A stretch of DNA of 64,000 nucleotides from an uncultured Acidimicrobiales bacterium (GCA_963715325.1 CAVQRR010000013.1:113642-177641), one strand, 5' to 3'. Positions 52,465 to 62,135 are shown, counted from the first letter of the stretch. Notes: generated by a model from the letters alone, not told the origin. Program-made: numbers and translations.

Positions 52465-53104
52465 ATGACCCCTCCCCCGGACCCCTCGAGACGAACCGCC
52501 GGAGCCGGCACCTCGCCCTGTTCGCTCCGTCTGCGTGTACTGCGCGTCTTCCAGCGGCAACAACGATGCCATCATCGAGGGGGCCATCGAGCTGGCCACC
52601 ATGTTGGCCGCCGAAGACATCGAACTGATCTACGGCGGCGGCGCGGTCGGGCTCATGGGCCTCATGGCCGACACCGTGATGGCGACCGGGGGCCGAGTCA
52701 CGGGCATCATCCCCATTCCGCTGATGCCGAGGGAGGTGGCCCACCGGGACATCACCCGGCTGATCGAGGTGGAGTCGATGCATGCCCGCAAGGCCGAAAT
52801 GGTGGAGCGGTCCGATGCGTTCATCGCTCTCCCTGGCGGGTTCGGCACGCTGGAGGAGCTGGCCGAGGTCCTCACCTGGGCCCAACTCGGTATCCACGAC
52901 AAAGCGGTTGGGCTGTTGAACATCGACGGCTTCTTCGACCATCTGCTTTCCTTTCTCGACCGCTGCATCGCCGATCGAGTGCTGAAGGAGAAGAACCGCC
53001 GGCTCCTGATAGACGGCAACGACCCCGCCACACTGCTGGCGGCGTTGCGGGCCCACGTGCCGGCCCATGAACCGAAGTGGCTGACAGACCCGAACCAGGG
53101 TTGA
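52465..53104 (+). CDS. LOG family (TIGR00730) nucleotide phosphoribohydrolase; +1 indel near 52482-85
   Basis: VCVYCASS, YGGG..GLMG, MHARK and PGGFGTLEE. ATG 52465 lies 8 nt after TACAAT (leaderless-like) and joins the LOG frame if one C is removed. Confidence 0.9.
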
Positions 53105-53184
53105 CTCCCCCACCCTGCTCCGAGAGCTCCTCAGCTGCTCGGGCAGTACCGCCGTGGAGGCCGCCGGTCAAGCGTAGTGCGCTG

Positions 53185-53791
53185 TCACCCATCGCCGATC
53201 CCGGTCGGCGCTGCTGCGGCCGCACCAGACGGGATCGGCACCAACCGTACGAAGAAGCAGCCGTCGCTGATGAACAACAGCGGATCGAGATAGGTGTCGC
53301 CTCGTCTGGCCGTGAGGTGAAAGCCGGCTTGGGCGGTGGCGATCGGCTGCCCACCGACCACGTCCCGACCCGGCGCGGTGTCGATGTCGTGGAGGTACCC
53401 GTAGGTCGATTTCAGACCGTTCGGGTGCTGGACGACCACGAACCTCGACCGGCCGACCGACCCGGCGAAGGTGACCGTGCCGGCGGCGACGGCCACCACC
53501 GGGGCGCCGGCGGTGGTGCCGTACTCCAGACCACGGTTGCCGGGCCCGTACGGATTCGACGGCATCCGGAAACCGTCGACGATGGGGGCGTCGACCGGAT
53601 GGCGCCACTGCGCCAGGACCGTGGGAGCGTCTGCAGTGCACGGCGCCATGGGCGTGCATCACCGGCTCCCGGGGCTCGGGGCCCGGGGCGTCGAGGAGGG
53701 CGTGGCCCGGCCCGGCCAGCAGAATGACAACGGTGAACAGCGTTGAGCGCAACGTTCGTTGCGACGTTGCGAAGGTCGGAGATCCGATCAT
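53185..53791 (-). CDS. M23 family peptidase-like protein; signal peptide and domain in different frames
   Basis: PYGPGNRGLEY, GTVTFAGSV, STYGYL, HLTAR and YLDP in 53185..53649. A hydrophobic N-terminus from ATG 53791 lies in the adjacent frame. Confidence 0.75.
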
Positions 53792-54076
53792 CGGTGGATC
53801 CTCTCGGAGGTTCGGATGCTGGGGCCCGATGGCTCCGACGGAGTACCGACCGCCGCGCGTGGCGGAGGTCGGGATCGGTGCGATGCTAGCGGTGCGTGGC
53901 CGAAATGACCGCCCGGTCCCGACGGATCTCGATGCCACTCAGTGGGCCCTTGCCCAGCCGCTCGAGGTTCTCGATCGGCGACTCACGGTTCTCGCCTTGC
54001 CGCTCGGTTGCTCGACCTTCGGTGCGCTCGTGGTCCGCCGACCCGGGATGGCCCGGCAAGAGCCGGACGGCCCCAC

Positions 54077-54218
54077 GACATGCGGCGGAATTGGCCCCAG
54101 GGGCACACCATCACAGCAGACGACGTTCGTCAGGAACCCGAAGGATTCCCGCGAACTCACGGGAACCCGAAGTATTCCCGTGAACTCACAGAGAACCTGC
54201 TCCGCAGGTTCGACTTCA
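54077..54218 (-). repeat. Interspersed repeat, copy B
   Basis: gacatgcggcggaat...caggggcac...gacgacgttcg...gaacccgaagg...gagaacctgctccgcaggttcgact, matching copy C. Confidence 0.9.
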
Positions 54219-54992
54219 GACCAGTTCCCGGTCCACGGTCGAGAGCCGGGACCGTAGCTGTAATACGGCCTTGGTGTGGATCTGGCAGACCCGACTCTCG
54301 GTGACTCCGAGGACCTTGCCGATCTCGGCCAGCGTGAGGTTCTCGTAGTAGTAGAGCGTGAGGACGATCTTCTCCCGCTCGTTCATCTTGTTGATGGCAT
54401 CGGCCAACAACTGGCGCATCTCCACCCGCTCGTAGGTGGTGACCGGACCCTCGCGGCGGTCGGCCAGCGTGTCGCCGAACGTGAGGCTTTCGCTTCCGTT
54501 GAACGAGAGCATCTCGTCGAGGGCGACCATGCCGAGGGAGCTGATCTGTTTGTAGATGCCGCTGAGTTGATCGGAGCTGATGTCCAACTCGTCGGCGATC
54601 TCGTCATCGGTGGGTGCCCGATGGAGCTTCGACTCGAGCTTGCTCATCGCCCGCTCGACGGATTTCGCCTTCGATCTGACCGACCGGGGGACCCAATCGA
54701 TCGCTCGCAGTTCGTCGAGTACCGCACCCTTGATGCGGGAGATTGCGTACGTCTCGAACTTGAATCCCCGCTCCGGATCGAACTTGGTGATGGCGTCGAT
54801 CAAGCCGAACATGCCATAGCTGACCAGGTCGGACTGATCCACGGTCTGAGGGAGGCCGGCCGCTATTCTGCTGGCTACGTATTTGACGAGCGGTGCGTAG
54901 TAGACGATGAGTTCATCGCGTTCCTGCTGGGCGCCCGTGCGTTTGAACCGGGTCCATGCATCGTCGAGTTCAGTTGTTGTTTCTATTGCCAC
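54216..54992 (-). CDS. whiG: RNA polymerase sigma factor WhiG/FliA (sigma-28 family)
   Basis: YAPLVKYVA, DLVSYGMFGLIDAI, KFETYA, DELRAIDWVPRSVR and GVTESRVCQIH; dprA-whiG synteny as in Streptomyces. Confidence 0.92.
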   Translation of the reverse strand: MAIETTTELDDAWTRFKRTGAQQERDELIVYYAPLVKYVASRIAAGLPQTVDQSDLVSYGMFGLIDAITKFDPERGFKFETYAISRIKGAVLDELRAIDWVPRSVRSKAKSVERAMSKLESKLHRAPTDDEIADELDISSDQLSGIYKQISSLGMVALDEMLSFNGSESLTFGDTLADRREGPVTTYERVEMRQLLADAINKMNEREKIVLTLYYYENLTLAEIGKVLGVTESRVCQIHTKAVLQLRSRLSTVDRELV

Positions 54993-55352
54993 TGTTCCCG
55001 CCAAGGTCTGTGGATGGTCGGATGAAGTCACAGGCTTCGCCGACTTCCCCGGCCGCACCCGTTCCCACTCTCCGTCGGTGCTGCGCCACATAAAGTGAGG
55101 CAAATGCCTCGATTCGATGCCTTGGCGACGATTCGACACCCGACCGACATCGCCGGAACCACTCCCGCTCTCACCTCCTCTCGGAGGGTTCGGGGCGTCT
55201 GAAAGCCGACCTGCCGATGTCCTGTCGGCCGAGGGAAGATCGTCTTGACGATCATCTCGGTGGCGGAAACCCAGGATCTCCAAATAGCGGGTACGAGCGG
55301 CGGCGGAGGTCACGGCCGTCGAGGGTAGCGGCGCAACCGCTGAGGGTGACCG

Positions 55353-56447
55353 CTACGGCCGAGAAACCGTCGATCCGTCAAGGATCAGCCGGCCGGCGGC
55401 GACCAACGCTTGTACTTCAGCCAAGACTTCAGCCGTGTCCGCCCCGGCCTGCAGGAGAAGCCGATCCAGATGAACCGGCCCGGTTGCGGTTTCGGCCATG
55501 ATGATCGTGGCCAAGGCCGAAAGCCCGGAGGTATCGGCGTCAGGCGCGGGCCGGGGCTGGGATGGGATACCAAGGTGCCCGACAACGTCGGCCGCGGAGC
55601 GGACCGGGATGGCACCTTCGACCAGCAGCTCGTTGGTCCCGTCGGAAGCGGGGCTGAGCACGGAGCCGGGAACGGCGAACACCGGATGGCCCCGATCGAC
55701 GGCCTCATCGACGGTCAACAGGGCGCCACCCCGATCGTGCGATTCGATGATCACGACGCCATTGCTCAGCCCGGCGATCAACCGGTTTCTGGCCGGGAAC
55801 CGCCACCGCTCGGGGCGTGCGCCGGCCGGCGCCTCGCTGATCAACAACCCACGCAATGCGACGTCGTCCCACAGTCCCCGATTGGCTCCGGGATACACCA
55901 CATCGAGCCCGCTGCCCACGACGCCGATGACCGGACCCCGCTGGTCCAGCGCACCACGATGGGCGGCACCATCGATACCCAGGGCGAGGCCACTGACCAC
56001 CGCGACGCCTGAGACGGCGAGCCCACGTCCCATCTCGTAGGCAACGGTGCGGCCGACCGATGTGCAGCGCCGAGTCCCCACGACCGCCAACGCGAACGGC
56101 ACGTCGAGGAGCTGCAGGTCGCCGCGGTAGAAGAGCAGCACCGGCGGATCGGGATCCTCGGTGAAAGGCCAGCTCGACTCCAGGGGCGACAGCAGAGCGA
56201 TATCCAGCGAGCGATGGTGTTCGATGAGCCCGTCGACATCGAGGCGGCGCAACGCAGTGGACCAGCGCTCCACCATGTTGCGGTCGACCCCTGGCGGCGG
56301 TGGGCCGAGATCGACCGGCAGTCGCCCTCGCCACAGGCCGTCAACCACTGCCGACGCCTCGGCATCGCCAAGGAGCCAGCGGGCCCGAGCAGGCCCGACC
56401 TGGGGCAGGCTGAGCAACGACAGCCTCGCTCGGAGATCGGGCGTCAT
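55353..56447 (-). CDS. dprA: DNA-processing protein DprA
   Basis: AVVGTR, VVSGLALGIDGAAH, FPARNRLI and VFAVPG. Confidence 0.96.
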   Translation of the reverse strand: MTPDLRARLSLLSLPQVGPARARWLLGDAEASAVVDGLWRGRLPVDLGPPPPGVDRNMVERWSTALRRLDVDGLIEHHRSLDIALLSPLESSWPFTEDPDPPVLLFYRGDLQLLDVPFALAVVGTRRCTSVGRTVAYEMGRGLAVSGVAVVSGLALGIDGAAHRGALDQRGPVIGVVGSGLDVVYPGANRGLWDDVALRGLLISEAPAGARPERWRFPARNRLIAGLSNGVVIIESHDRGGALLTVDEAVDRGHPVFAVPGSVLSPASDGTNELLVEGAIPVRSAADVVGHLGIPSQPRPAPDADTSGLSALATIIMAETATGPVHLDRLLLQAGADTAEVLAEVQALVAAGRLILDGSTVSRP

Positions 56448-57967
56448 GGCGCCACCCCCAGCACCGAACGAGGTGTGGCCCGCAGCGCCAACGCAGCCTG
56501 CACAACTGCGGCGTCGATGGACGTTCCAAGGCCCTGCAGGTCGGCGATCGTCCTGGCCACGGTGCGGACCCGTCGCAGACCACGCCCGGTCAGGGCGCCC
56601 CGCTCGAGCCAGCCCCGCAGCTCATCCGCCGCCTCGGAGGTGAGCGGGGCGAACTCGTCCAGTCGGGCCGCCGGCAGCTCGGCGTTGCACCGAACCCCTC
56701 TGGCCACCGATCGGGCTCGTGCCTCGGCCACTCGGGCCGCAACGGTGGCGGTCGATTCCTCCTGCTCGCCACCGAGCAGGATCCTCGGCGCCGGTGGCCG
56801 GACCTCGACCCGCAAATCGAAGCGATCGAGCAGCGGCCCCGAGAGCCGACGGGCGTAGCGGGCCCGGGCCGACTCGCTGCAGCGGCACATGCCCTGACTG
56901 CCGCCCTCACCGCATGGGCAGGGGTTCATGGCCGCCACCAGCTGGAACCGGGCTGGGAGCGTGACCGCCCGTGCCGCGCGGCTCACCCGCACCACCCCCT
57001 CCTCGAGCGGCTGGCGAAGCGAGTCGAGGATCGGAACAGAGAACTCGCCGAGTTCGTCGAGGAACAGCACGCCGTTGTGAGCGGCGCTGATCTCACCGGG
57101 CCGCATGGCCGCCGTTCCACCACCGACCATGGCGACCAACGAGGCGCCGTGATGGGGGGCTCGGAACGGTGGGTGCCGGACCAGGCCACCGGCGGGGATC
57201 CGGAGGCCGGCCGCCGAATGGACCCGGGTGGCGGCCAGGGCCTGCTCCCGATCCAGCGGCGGCAACAGCCCGGCCATGCGTCCGGCCAACATGGTCTTGC
57301 CTGCGCCGGGAGGACCGATCATCAGGAGGTGGTGGCCTCCCGCTGCTGCCACTTCGAGCGCCCAGCGGGCCAGCGGCTGGCCCCGGACCTCTGCCAGGTC
57401 ACCGGTGGGTCTTTCGGCTTCGACGGTCGGTCCGGCAGTGGAGCCGACGATGGCCGGTAGTGGCCCGAGATCGTTCAACCCGGCGACCAGTTCGCCGAGA
57501 TTCTCGACCCCACGAACGGCACCGGGCCGGATAACGGCCGCCTGTTCGGCTCCGCCGACGGGAACGAGCACCTCCGGCGCCTCGACCGCATCGGCCAGCG
57601 ACACCAGCGCTGCCACCGGCCGGATCGAACCATCGAGACCGAGTTCACCGATGGCGCCGAACCGTGTCAGCGCCTCCGGTTTGATCTGATCCGAGGCGGC
57701 CAGGATTCCAAGCGCTATCGGAAGGTCGAGCGCCGCACCCTGTTTCCGCAGACCTGTTGGCGCCAGGTTGATCGTTACCCGACGGGACGGCCACTTGAGG
57801 CCGCTGGACAAGACGGCGGCCCGTACCCGATCCCTCGATTCTCGACACGAGGCGTCGGGCAACCCGACGAGTGTGTAACCCGGGAGGCCATTACTGACAT
57901 GGACCTCCACCGTGACCGGATGGCCATCGACCCCTTGCACGACCGACGATGCGACGGTAGCGAGCAT
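56444..57967 (-). CDS. comM: YifB/ComM family Mg-chelatase-like AAA+ ATPase
   Basis: LVGLPD, RESRDRVR, GPPGAGKT, GVLFLDE, AMNPCPCG and LSGPLLDRFD. Confidence 0.95.
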   Translation of the reverse strand: MLATVASSVVQGVDGHPVTVEVHVSNGLPGYTLVGLPDASCRESRDRVRAAVLSSGLKWPSRRVTINLAPTGLRKQGAALDLPIALGILAASDQIKPEALTRFGAIGELGLDGSIRPVAALVSLADAVEAPEVLVPVGGAEQAAVIRPGAVRGVENLGELVAGLNDLGPLPAIVGSTAGPTVEAERPTGDLAEVRGQPLARWALEVAAAGGHHLLMIGPPGAGKTMLAGRMAGLLPPLDREQALAATRVHSAAGLRIPAGGLVRHPPFRAPHHGASLVAMVGGGTAAMRPGEISAAHNGVLFLDELGEFSVPILDSLRQPLEEGVVRVSRAARAVTLPARFQLVAAMNPCPCGEGGSQGMCRCSESARARYARRLSGPLLDRFDLRVEVRPPAPRILLGGEQEESTATVAARVAEARARSVARGVRCNAELPAARLDEFAPLTSEAADELRGWLERGALTGRGLRRVRTVARTIADLQGLGTSIDAAVVQAALALRATPRSVLGVAP

Positions 57968-58203
57968 TGTGTACTCCCCGAACTCTCACGCTGTAGGGGA
58001 GGCCGGGGCCACGAACGTCGACCTGGTCGATCGCTGTCACGAAACCTAGTGTCGGACTGTGACAGTGAACGTGACGGGTGGCGAGCCGGCGGGATGGGGT
58101 CTGCGGCGGGCCGTCACGGCGCGGCGGGAGAACCTCGATGGGTCACGGCGCCCTATCGAAGCCGACGACGCGTAGGACCTCGGCGGGTACGTGCGGCCGC
58201 TCA

Positions 58204-58243
58204 CTTCGCCACGCGCAGATACTCGCTTCGCCACGCGCAGATA
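58204..58243. repeat. 18-bp direct repeat with 22-bp period upstream of comM
   Basis: CTTCGCCACGCGCAGATA at 58204 and 58226. Confidence 0.85.
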
Positions 58244-58375
58244 TCGTGCTCCGGACAACCCCCCAAGGGTTGCGAGCCTCGATTTCGACGCCGTCTACCG
58301 GGTCGGTCCGCTGCAACCCTTTGGGATGCCACTGGCGGACCTCCGTGATGACAACGCCCGACCGGCAGATACAGC

Positions 58376-58750
58376 TCAGAGGATCTCACGGGTGTAGCGG
58401 GCAACGGCCTGCATTTCCTCACCGCTGAGGCGGCCCATGTAGCCCGGCATCCTGCCCCGGCCGTTGGAGATCAAGTCGATCTGATCCTTGATGTTCGGGT
58501 AGGCGGCCACCACCGCACCTTCGCTGAGCTTGGGGCCGACGCCGCCACCGCCGTCGGAGCCGTGGCATGAAACGCAGTTCCTGGCGTAGATGTTTCGACC
58601 GCTCACCAGCTCGGGGTCGTCCACGGTGACTTCGGGTGGGCCACCGCTGCAGGCGGCCAACCAGATCGTGGCCAGTACCAGCGCGAGGAAGGCCGGGCGC
58701 AGACCTCTACCCGCCTCGACGGGGGTCCATATCCACCGATTCCTGGCCAT
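58376..58750 (-). CDS. c-type cytochrome lipoprotein
   Basis: Lipobox LAAC, heme motif CVSCH and axial Met in GRMP. Start uncertain. Confidence 0.88.
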   Translation of the reverse strand: MARNRWIWTPVEAGRGLRPAFLALVLATIWLAACSGGPPEVTVDDPELVSGRNIYARNCVSCHGSDGGGGVGPKLSEGAVVAAYPNIKDQIDLISNGRGRMPGYMGRLSGEEMQAVARYTREIL

Positions 58751-58866
58751 ACTGCTCCCATGGGTTTCGATCCGAATCGAAAGCATAGGTCGACGCCGTT
58801 CGATTACTGGTTCGTCGCCGCCGGCTTGATCGTGGTCATCTGTCTCGTGGCCTGGGCGGCCCTCGG

Positions 58867-59124
58867 TTGACCCGCAAGTCGAGGAAGGACAGGTCGGCCA
58901 GGAGGCGGAATCGTGTTCCCCGGGTCCCGGATCCGTCGGACACGCCGGAAACCGAAACCCGTTTCGTACAGCCGTACGAGGCGACGAAGGTCTACCTCTG
59001 CCCGGGCTGCAATCGTGACATACCCCCCGGCCTTGGTCACCTGGTGGCGATCCCCGCCGGCGATACGGACCTGCGGCGGCACTGGCATCGGGGTTGCTGG
59101 ATGAATCGAGCGACCCGCCGTTGA
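58867..59124 (+). CDS. Small Cys/His (putative Zn-binding) conserved actinobacterial protein
   Basis: YLCPGC...H...RRHWHRGCW pattern. Confidence 0.75.
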   Translation: MTRKSRKDRSARRRNRVPRVPDPSDTPETETRFVQPYEATKVYLCPGCNRDIPPGLGHLVAIPAGDTDLRRHWHRGCWMNRATRR

Positions 59125-59275
59125 CCACCTCACATCGAACTCCCCGGGCGCGTCGGTACGGGCACCTCCTCCCGGCGAACAGCGTGGAATTCGAGCCTGG
59201 CGCGCCGAGCGGCCGATCCGCATGTTGCTGACCCAGTGAGGCGAACAGAACACCGGTGCCTGCTCGCCCCTGTCC

Positions 59276-59915
59276 TCAGAAGCAGTCCTGGAACACATCG
59301 AGGTGGCCGCGACGATCGACGTCGACGACATCGAAACGGAGATCGGTGTACCACCCTTGATGCTGGTCCAACCAGTGCGATGCCAGAGACCGGATCCGGG
59401 ACTGTTTGCGCCAATCGACGGCCTCGGCCCCCGAGCCGAACCGACGGCTCGATCGGGCCTTCACCTCGACGAAGGCGACCAGCGGGCCCCGAGCCACGAT
59501 CAGATCCAGTTCTCCTCTCCTGCATCGCCAGTTTCGGCTCAGAACCTCGTAGCCGTTCTGGCAGTACCAGTCGGCGGCGCATTGCTCGCCGAAGCGACCG
59601 AATCGCCCTGCGGGAGTGGACGGGACGGCGGGAGTGGACGGCACGGCGGGAGTGGACGGCACGGCGGGAGTGGACGGCACGGCGGGAGTGGACGGCACGG
59701 CGGGAGTGGACGGGCACGGCGGGAGTGGACGGCACGGCGGGAGTGGACGGCACGGCGGGAGTGGACGGCACGGCGGGAGTGGACGGCACGGCGGGAGTGG
59801 ACGGCACGGGCCGGCGCGATGAACCGGCTGGAGGAGTGGCCGATTCGGCGGTCGAGTGGGTTGTCCGGGTGTCGATGATGGTCACGGGAACGACCGTAGT
59901 GACCGATTGTGACAT
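59276..59915 (-). CDS. yraN: YraN family endonuclease-fold protein with VNTR-encoded N-terminus
   Basis: GEQCAA, NWRCRRGELDLI, FVEVKAR and RFDVV. ATG 59915 joins the frame if the extra G in repeat unit 6 is removed. Confidence 0.88.
59611..59809. repeat. 18-bp tandem repeat, 11 copies
   Basis: CGGGAGTGGACGGCACGG units from 59611; the unit at 59701 is 19 bp. Encodes VPSTPA on the minus strand. Confidence 0.97.
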
Positions 59916-60246
59916 CTGAGGTCGGCCGGACGGGTCCACAGCTTGCTGGTGGGCTCGTTTCCAGGCTGCGTTGTGCCCGGTTTCGTGGTTCGACTCGGAG
60001 CTGCGGAACGGAGCGGGTTCGTCGCACCGACCAGCAAATTCGGTCGGGACGAGGTGGTCGGTCTCCGACCGATCGAGCCGCCGTTGCTCCGGTCGCTCCG
60101 GTGGCTCGAAGCCGACGATCTGCGACGGCCAGGCAGGTGTGGGCGCATCGGTTGCCCCCGCGTCTGCTCGCGGCCGGGAGACGGCACATCGACGCATCCA
60201 ACGGTGCCGCCGACAACGCGACCGCCGTATGGGAACCGGCTGTGGT

Positions 60247-60508
60247 CCCACCGCAGCCGACGATGTTCGCCACGAACCCGAAGGCTTCTGGAGAACCTCG
60301 CCGAGGGTCCGCTCCGCAGGTTCGACTCAAGACATGCGGCGGAATCGACCCCAGGGGCACCCCACCGCAGCCGACGACGTTCGCCACGAACCCGAAGGGT
60401 CCCCGCGAACTCGAAGGAACCCGAAGGGTCCCCCCGAACTCGAAGGGTCCCCCCGAACTCGAAGGCACCCGAAGGGGGCCCGAGAACCTGCTCCGCAGGT
60501 TCGACTCA
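60247..60508 (-). repeat. Interspersed repeat, copy C (one partial plus one full unit in tandem)
   Basis: cccaccgcagccgacga.gttcgccacgaacccgaagg and gctccgcaggttcgactca each occur twice; internal gaactcgaagg submodules are amplified. Confidence 0.92.
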
Positions 60509-60790
60509 GAGCTCGCGCTCGGGGAGCTCCTCGATCGTGACACCCTTGGCGGTGGCGATCGTGACCTTGGCCAGGAATCTCGATTGGCGGTACATGTCCC
60601 AGACCCAGGCGTCGGTCAGCTCGTAGAGGACCACGTCATCCGGGCCGGCAATCCGCGACACCTTGTTGGCCAGGTACGACCGCCGGTCGGTCTCCACCAC
60701 GTAGCGGAACATACCGATGACATCGCGATATTCGCGAAAGAGCGCCAGTTCACATTCTGCTTCGTAGCGCTCGAGGTCCTCGGCGCTCAT
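60506..60790 (-). CDS. DUF2469 family protein
   Basis: MSAEDLERYE..ELALFREYRD and DAWVWDMYR. Confidence 0.93.
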   Translation of the reverse strand: MSAEDLERYEAECELALFREYRDVIGMFRYVVETDRRSYLANKVSRIAGPDDVVLYELTDAWVWDMYRQSRFLAKVTIATAKGVTIEELPEREL

Positions 60791-60856
60791 CGCCGACCAC
60801 TGACCTCGACGTCGCGACTATCGCTCGTCCCACCAAGGAACCGCCGATACATCAGA

Positions 60857-61204
60857 TCAGTTGTCGCGCTTCTCTTTGATCTTGGCCGCCTTGCCGACCC
60901 GATCCCGCAGGTAGTACAGCTTGGCTCGGCGAACATCGCCTCGGCTGACCCGCTCGATCTTCTCCAGGATCGGCGAGTGGATGGGGAAGATCCGCTCCAC
61001 CCCGACGCCGAAGCTCACCTTGCGCACGGTGAAGGTCTCCCGGAGTCCCTCACCCTTGCGGGCGATCACCACGCCCTGGAAAATCTGCACCCGCTCGCGG
61101 CTGCCTTCGATGACCTTCACATGGACCTTGACATTGTCGCCGGGGGCGAAATCCGGCACATCATCTCGAAGCTGTGCGTGCTCAATGATTTCGGTGAGGT
61201 TCAT
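60857..61204 (-). CDS. rplS: 50S ribosomal protein L19
   Basis: [26 protein letters not shown] and [10 protein letters not shown]. Confidence 0.99.
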   Translation of the reverse strand: MNLTEIIEHAQLRDDVPDFAPGDNVKVHVKVIEGSRERVQIFQGVVIARKGEGLRETFTVRKVSFGVGVERIFPIHSPILEKIERVSRGDVRRAKLYYLRDRVGKAAKIKEKRDN

Positions 61205-61388
61205 TGGTCGGTTCCTAGGTTTGGTCTAACGATCGAAGCGGCCACCGTGGTGGCAGGGAGGCTGGTTTTTGGTGCCGAAGGCACCACAGCAGGAGCCCGG
61301 CTGGGCCGCTCTAGCCTATCGGCGGCGGCGAGGACTCCGACCTCGACGATCACATCGCCCCGGCGGCCGACCGCCACGACCGTCCGAT

Positions 61389-62123
61389 CTATCCATCGAT
61401 ATCGTCGAGCCCGAATTCGTCGAGCAGCTGGTGGTCATCGTCGCTCAGACCGCCCCGAGCCTCGATCAGGTCCGGACGGACCCGGGCCGTTCTGGCCAGT
61501 GCTTGCGCTCGACGCCATCGCTCGACCCTGGCATGATCACCGGAGCGGAGGACCTCGGGAATCACCAAGCCCCGGTACTCGGCGGGCCTGGTGTAGTGGG
61601 GATACTCGAGCAGACCGTGGCTGAAGGACTCGTCTGCGACCGATGCCTGATTCCCCAACACGCCGGGGACCAGTCGGCAGACGGCTTCCAACACCACCGC
61701 CGCAGCGACTTCTCCACCGGCCAGAACGTAGTCCCCGATCGACAGTTCCTCGTCGATCAGGTGTTCACGAACCCGCTCGTCGACTCCCTCGAACCGACCG
61801 CACAGCAGCGAGAACCCTCGGGAAACGGCCAGCCGACGAGCGTCGGCCTGGCCGAAGCGTTGGCCGGCCGGCGACAGGTAGATGAGAGGTCGAGGTGGTT
61901 CGACTCGATCCACCGTGTCGAAGATGGGCTCCGGCTTGAGCACCATGCCGGCGCCACCGCCGAACGGCGCATCGTCGACCGAGCGATGGACGTCGGTGGC
62001 CGCGTCGCGGATGTCGTGGACTCGAATGTCGAGCAGACCCGACCTCCTGGCTTTTCCCAGGAGGCTGGCCGAGGCGAAACCCTCCACGACCTCGGGCAGG
62101 ATGGTGAGGACATCGATCCTCAT
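61389..62123 (-). CDS. trmD: tRNA (guanine-N1)-methyltransferase
   Basis: VDDAPFGGGAGM, CGRFEGVDER, SIGDYVLAGGE and LEYPHYTRP. Confidence 0.98.
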   Translation of the reverse strand: MRIDVLTILPEVVEGFASASLLGKARRSGLLDIRVHDIRDAATDVHRSVDDAPFGGGAGMVLKPEPIFDTVDRVEPPRPLIYLSPAGQRFGQADARRLAVSRGFSLLCGRFEGVDERVREHLIDEELSIGDYVLAGGEVAAAVVLEAVCRLVPGVLGNQASVADESFSHGLLEYPHYTRPAEYRGLVIPEVLRSGDHARVERWRRAQALARTARVRPDLIEARGGLSDDDHQLLDEFGLDDIDG

Positions 62124-62135
62124 GGCCGGCCCACC

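Noticed and set aside
52211-55105. Shared 11-mer ATTTGCCTCAC in two intergenic regions (52211 plus strand, 55095 minus strand)
   Set aside because: A single 11-bp match is expected by chance in 64 kb and the flanks do not align.
59611-59809. CRISPR or iteron array
   Set aside because: Contiguous 18-bp units without spacers, and no rep or cas gene nearby.
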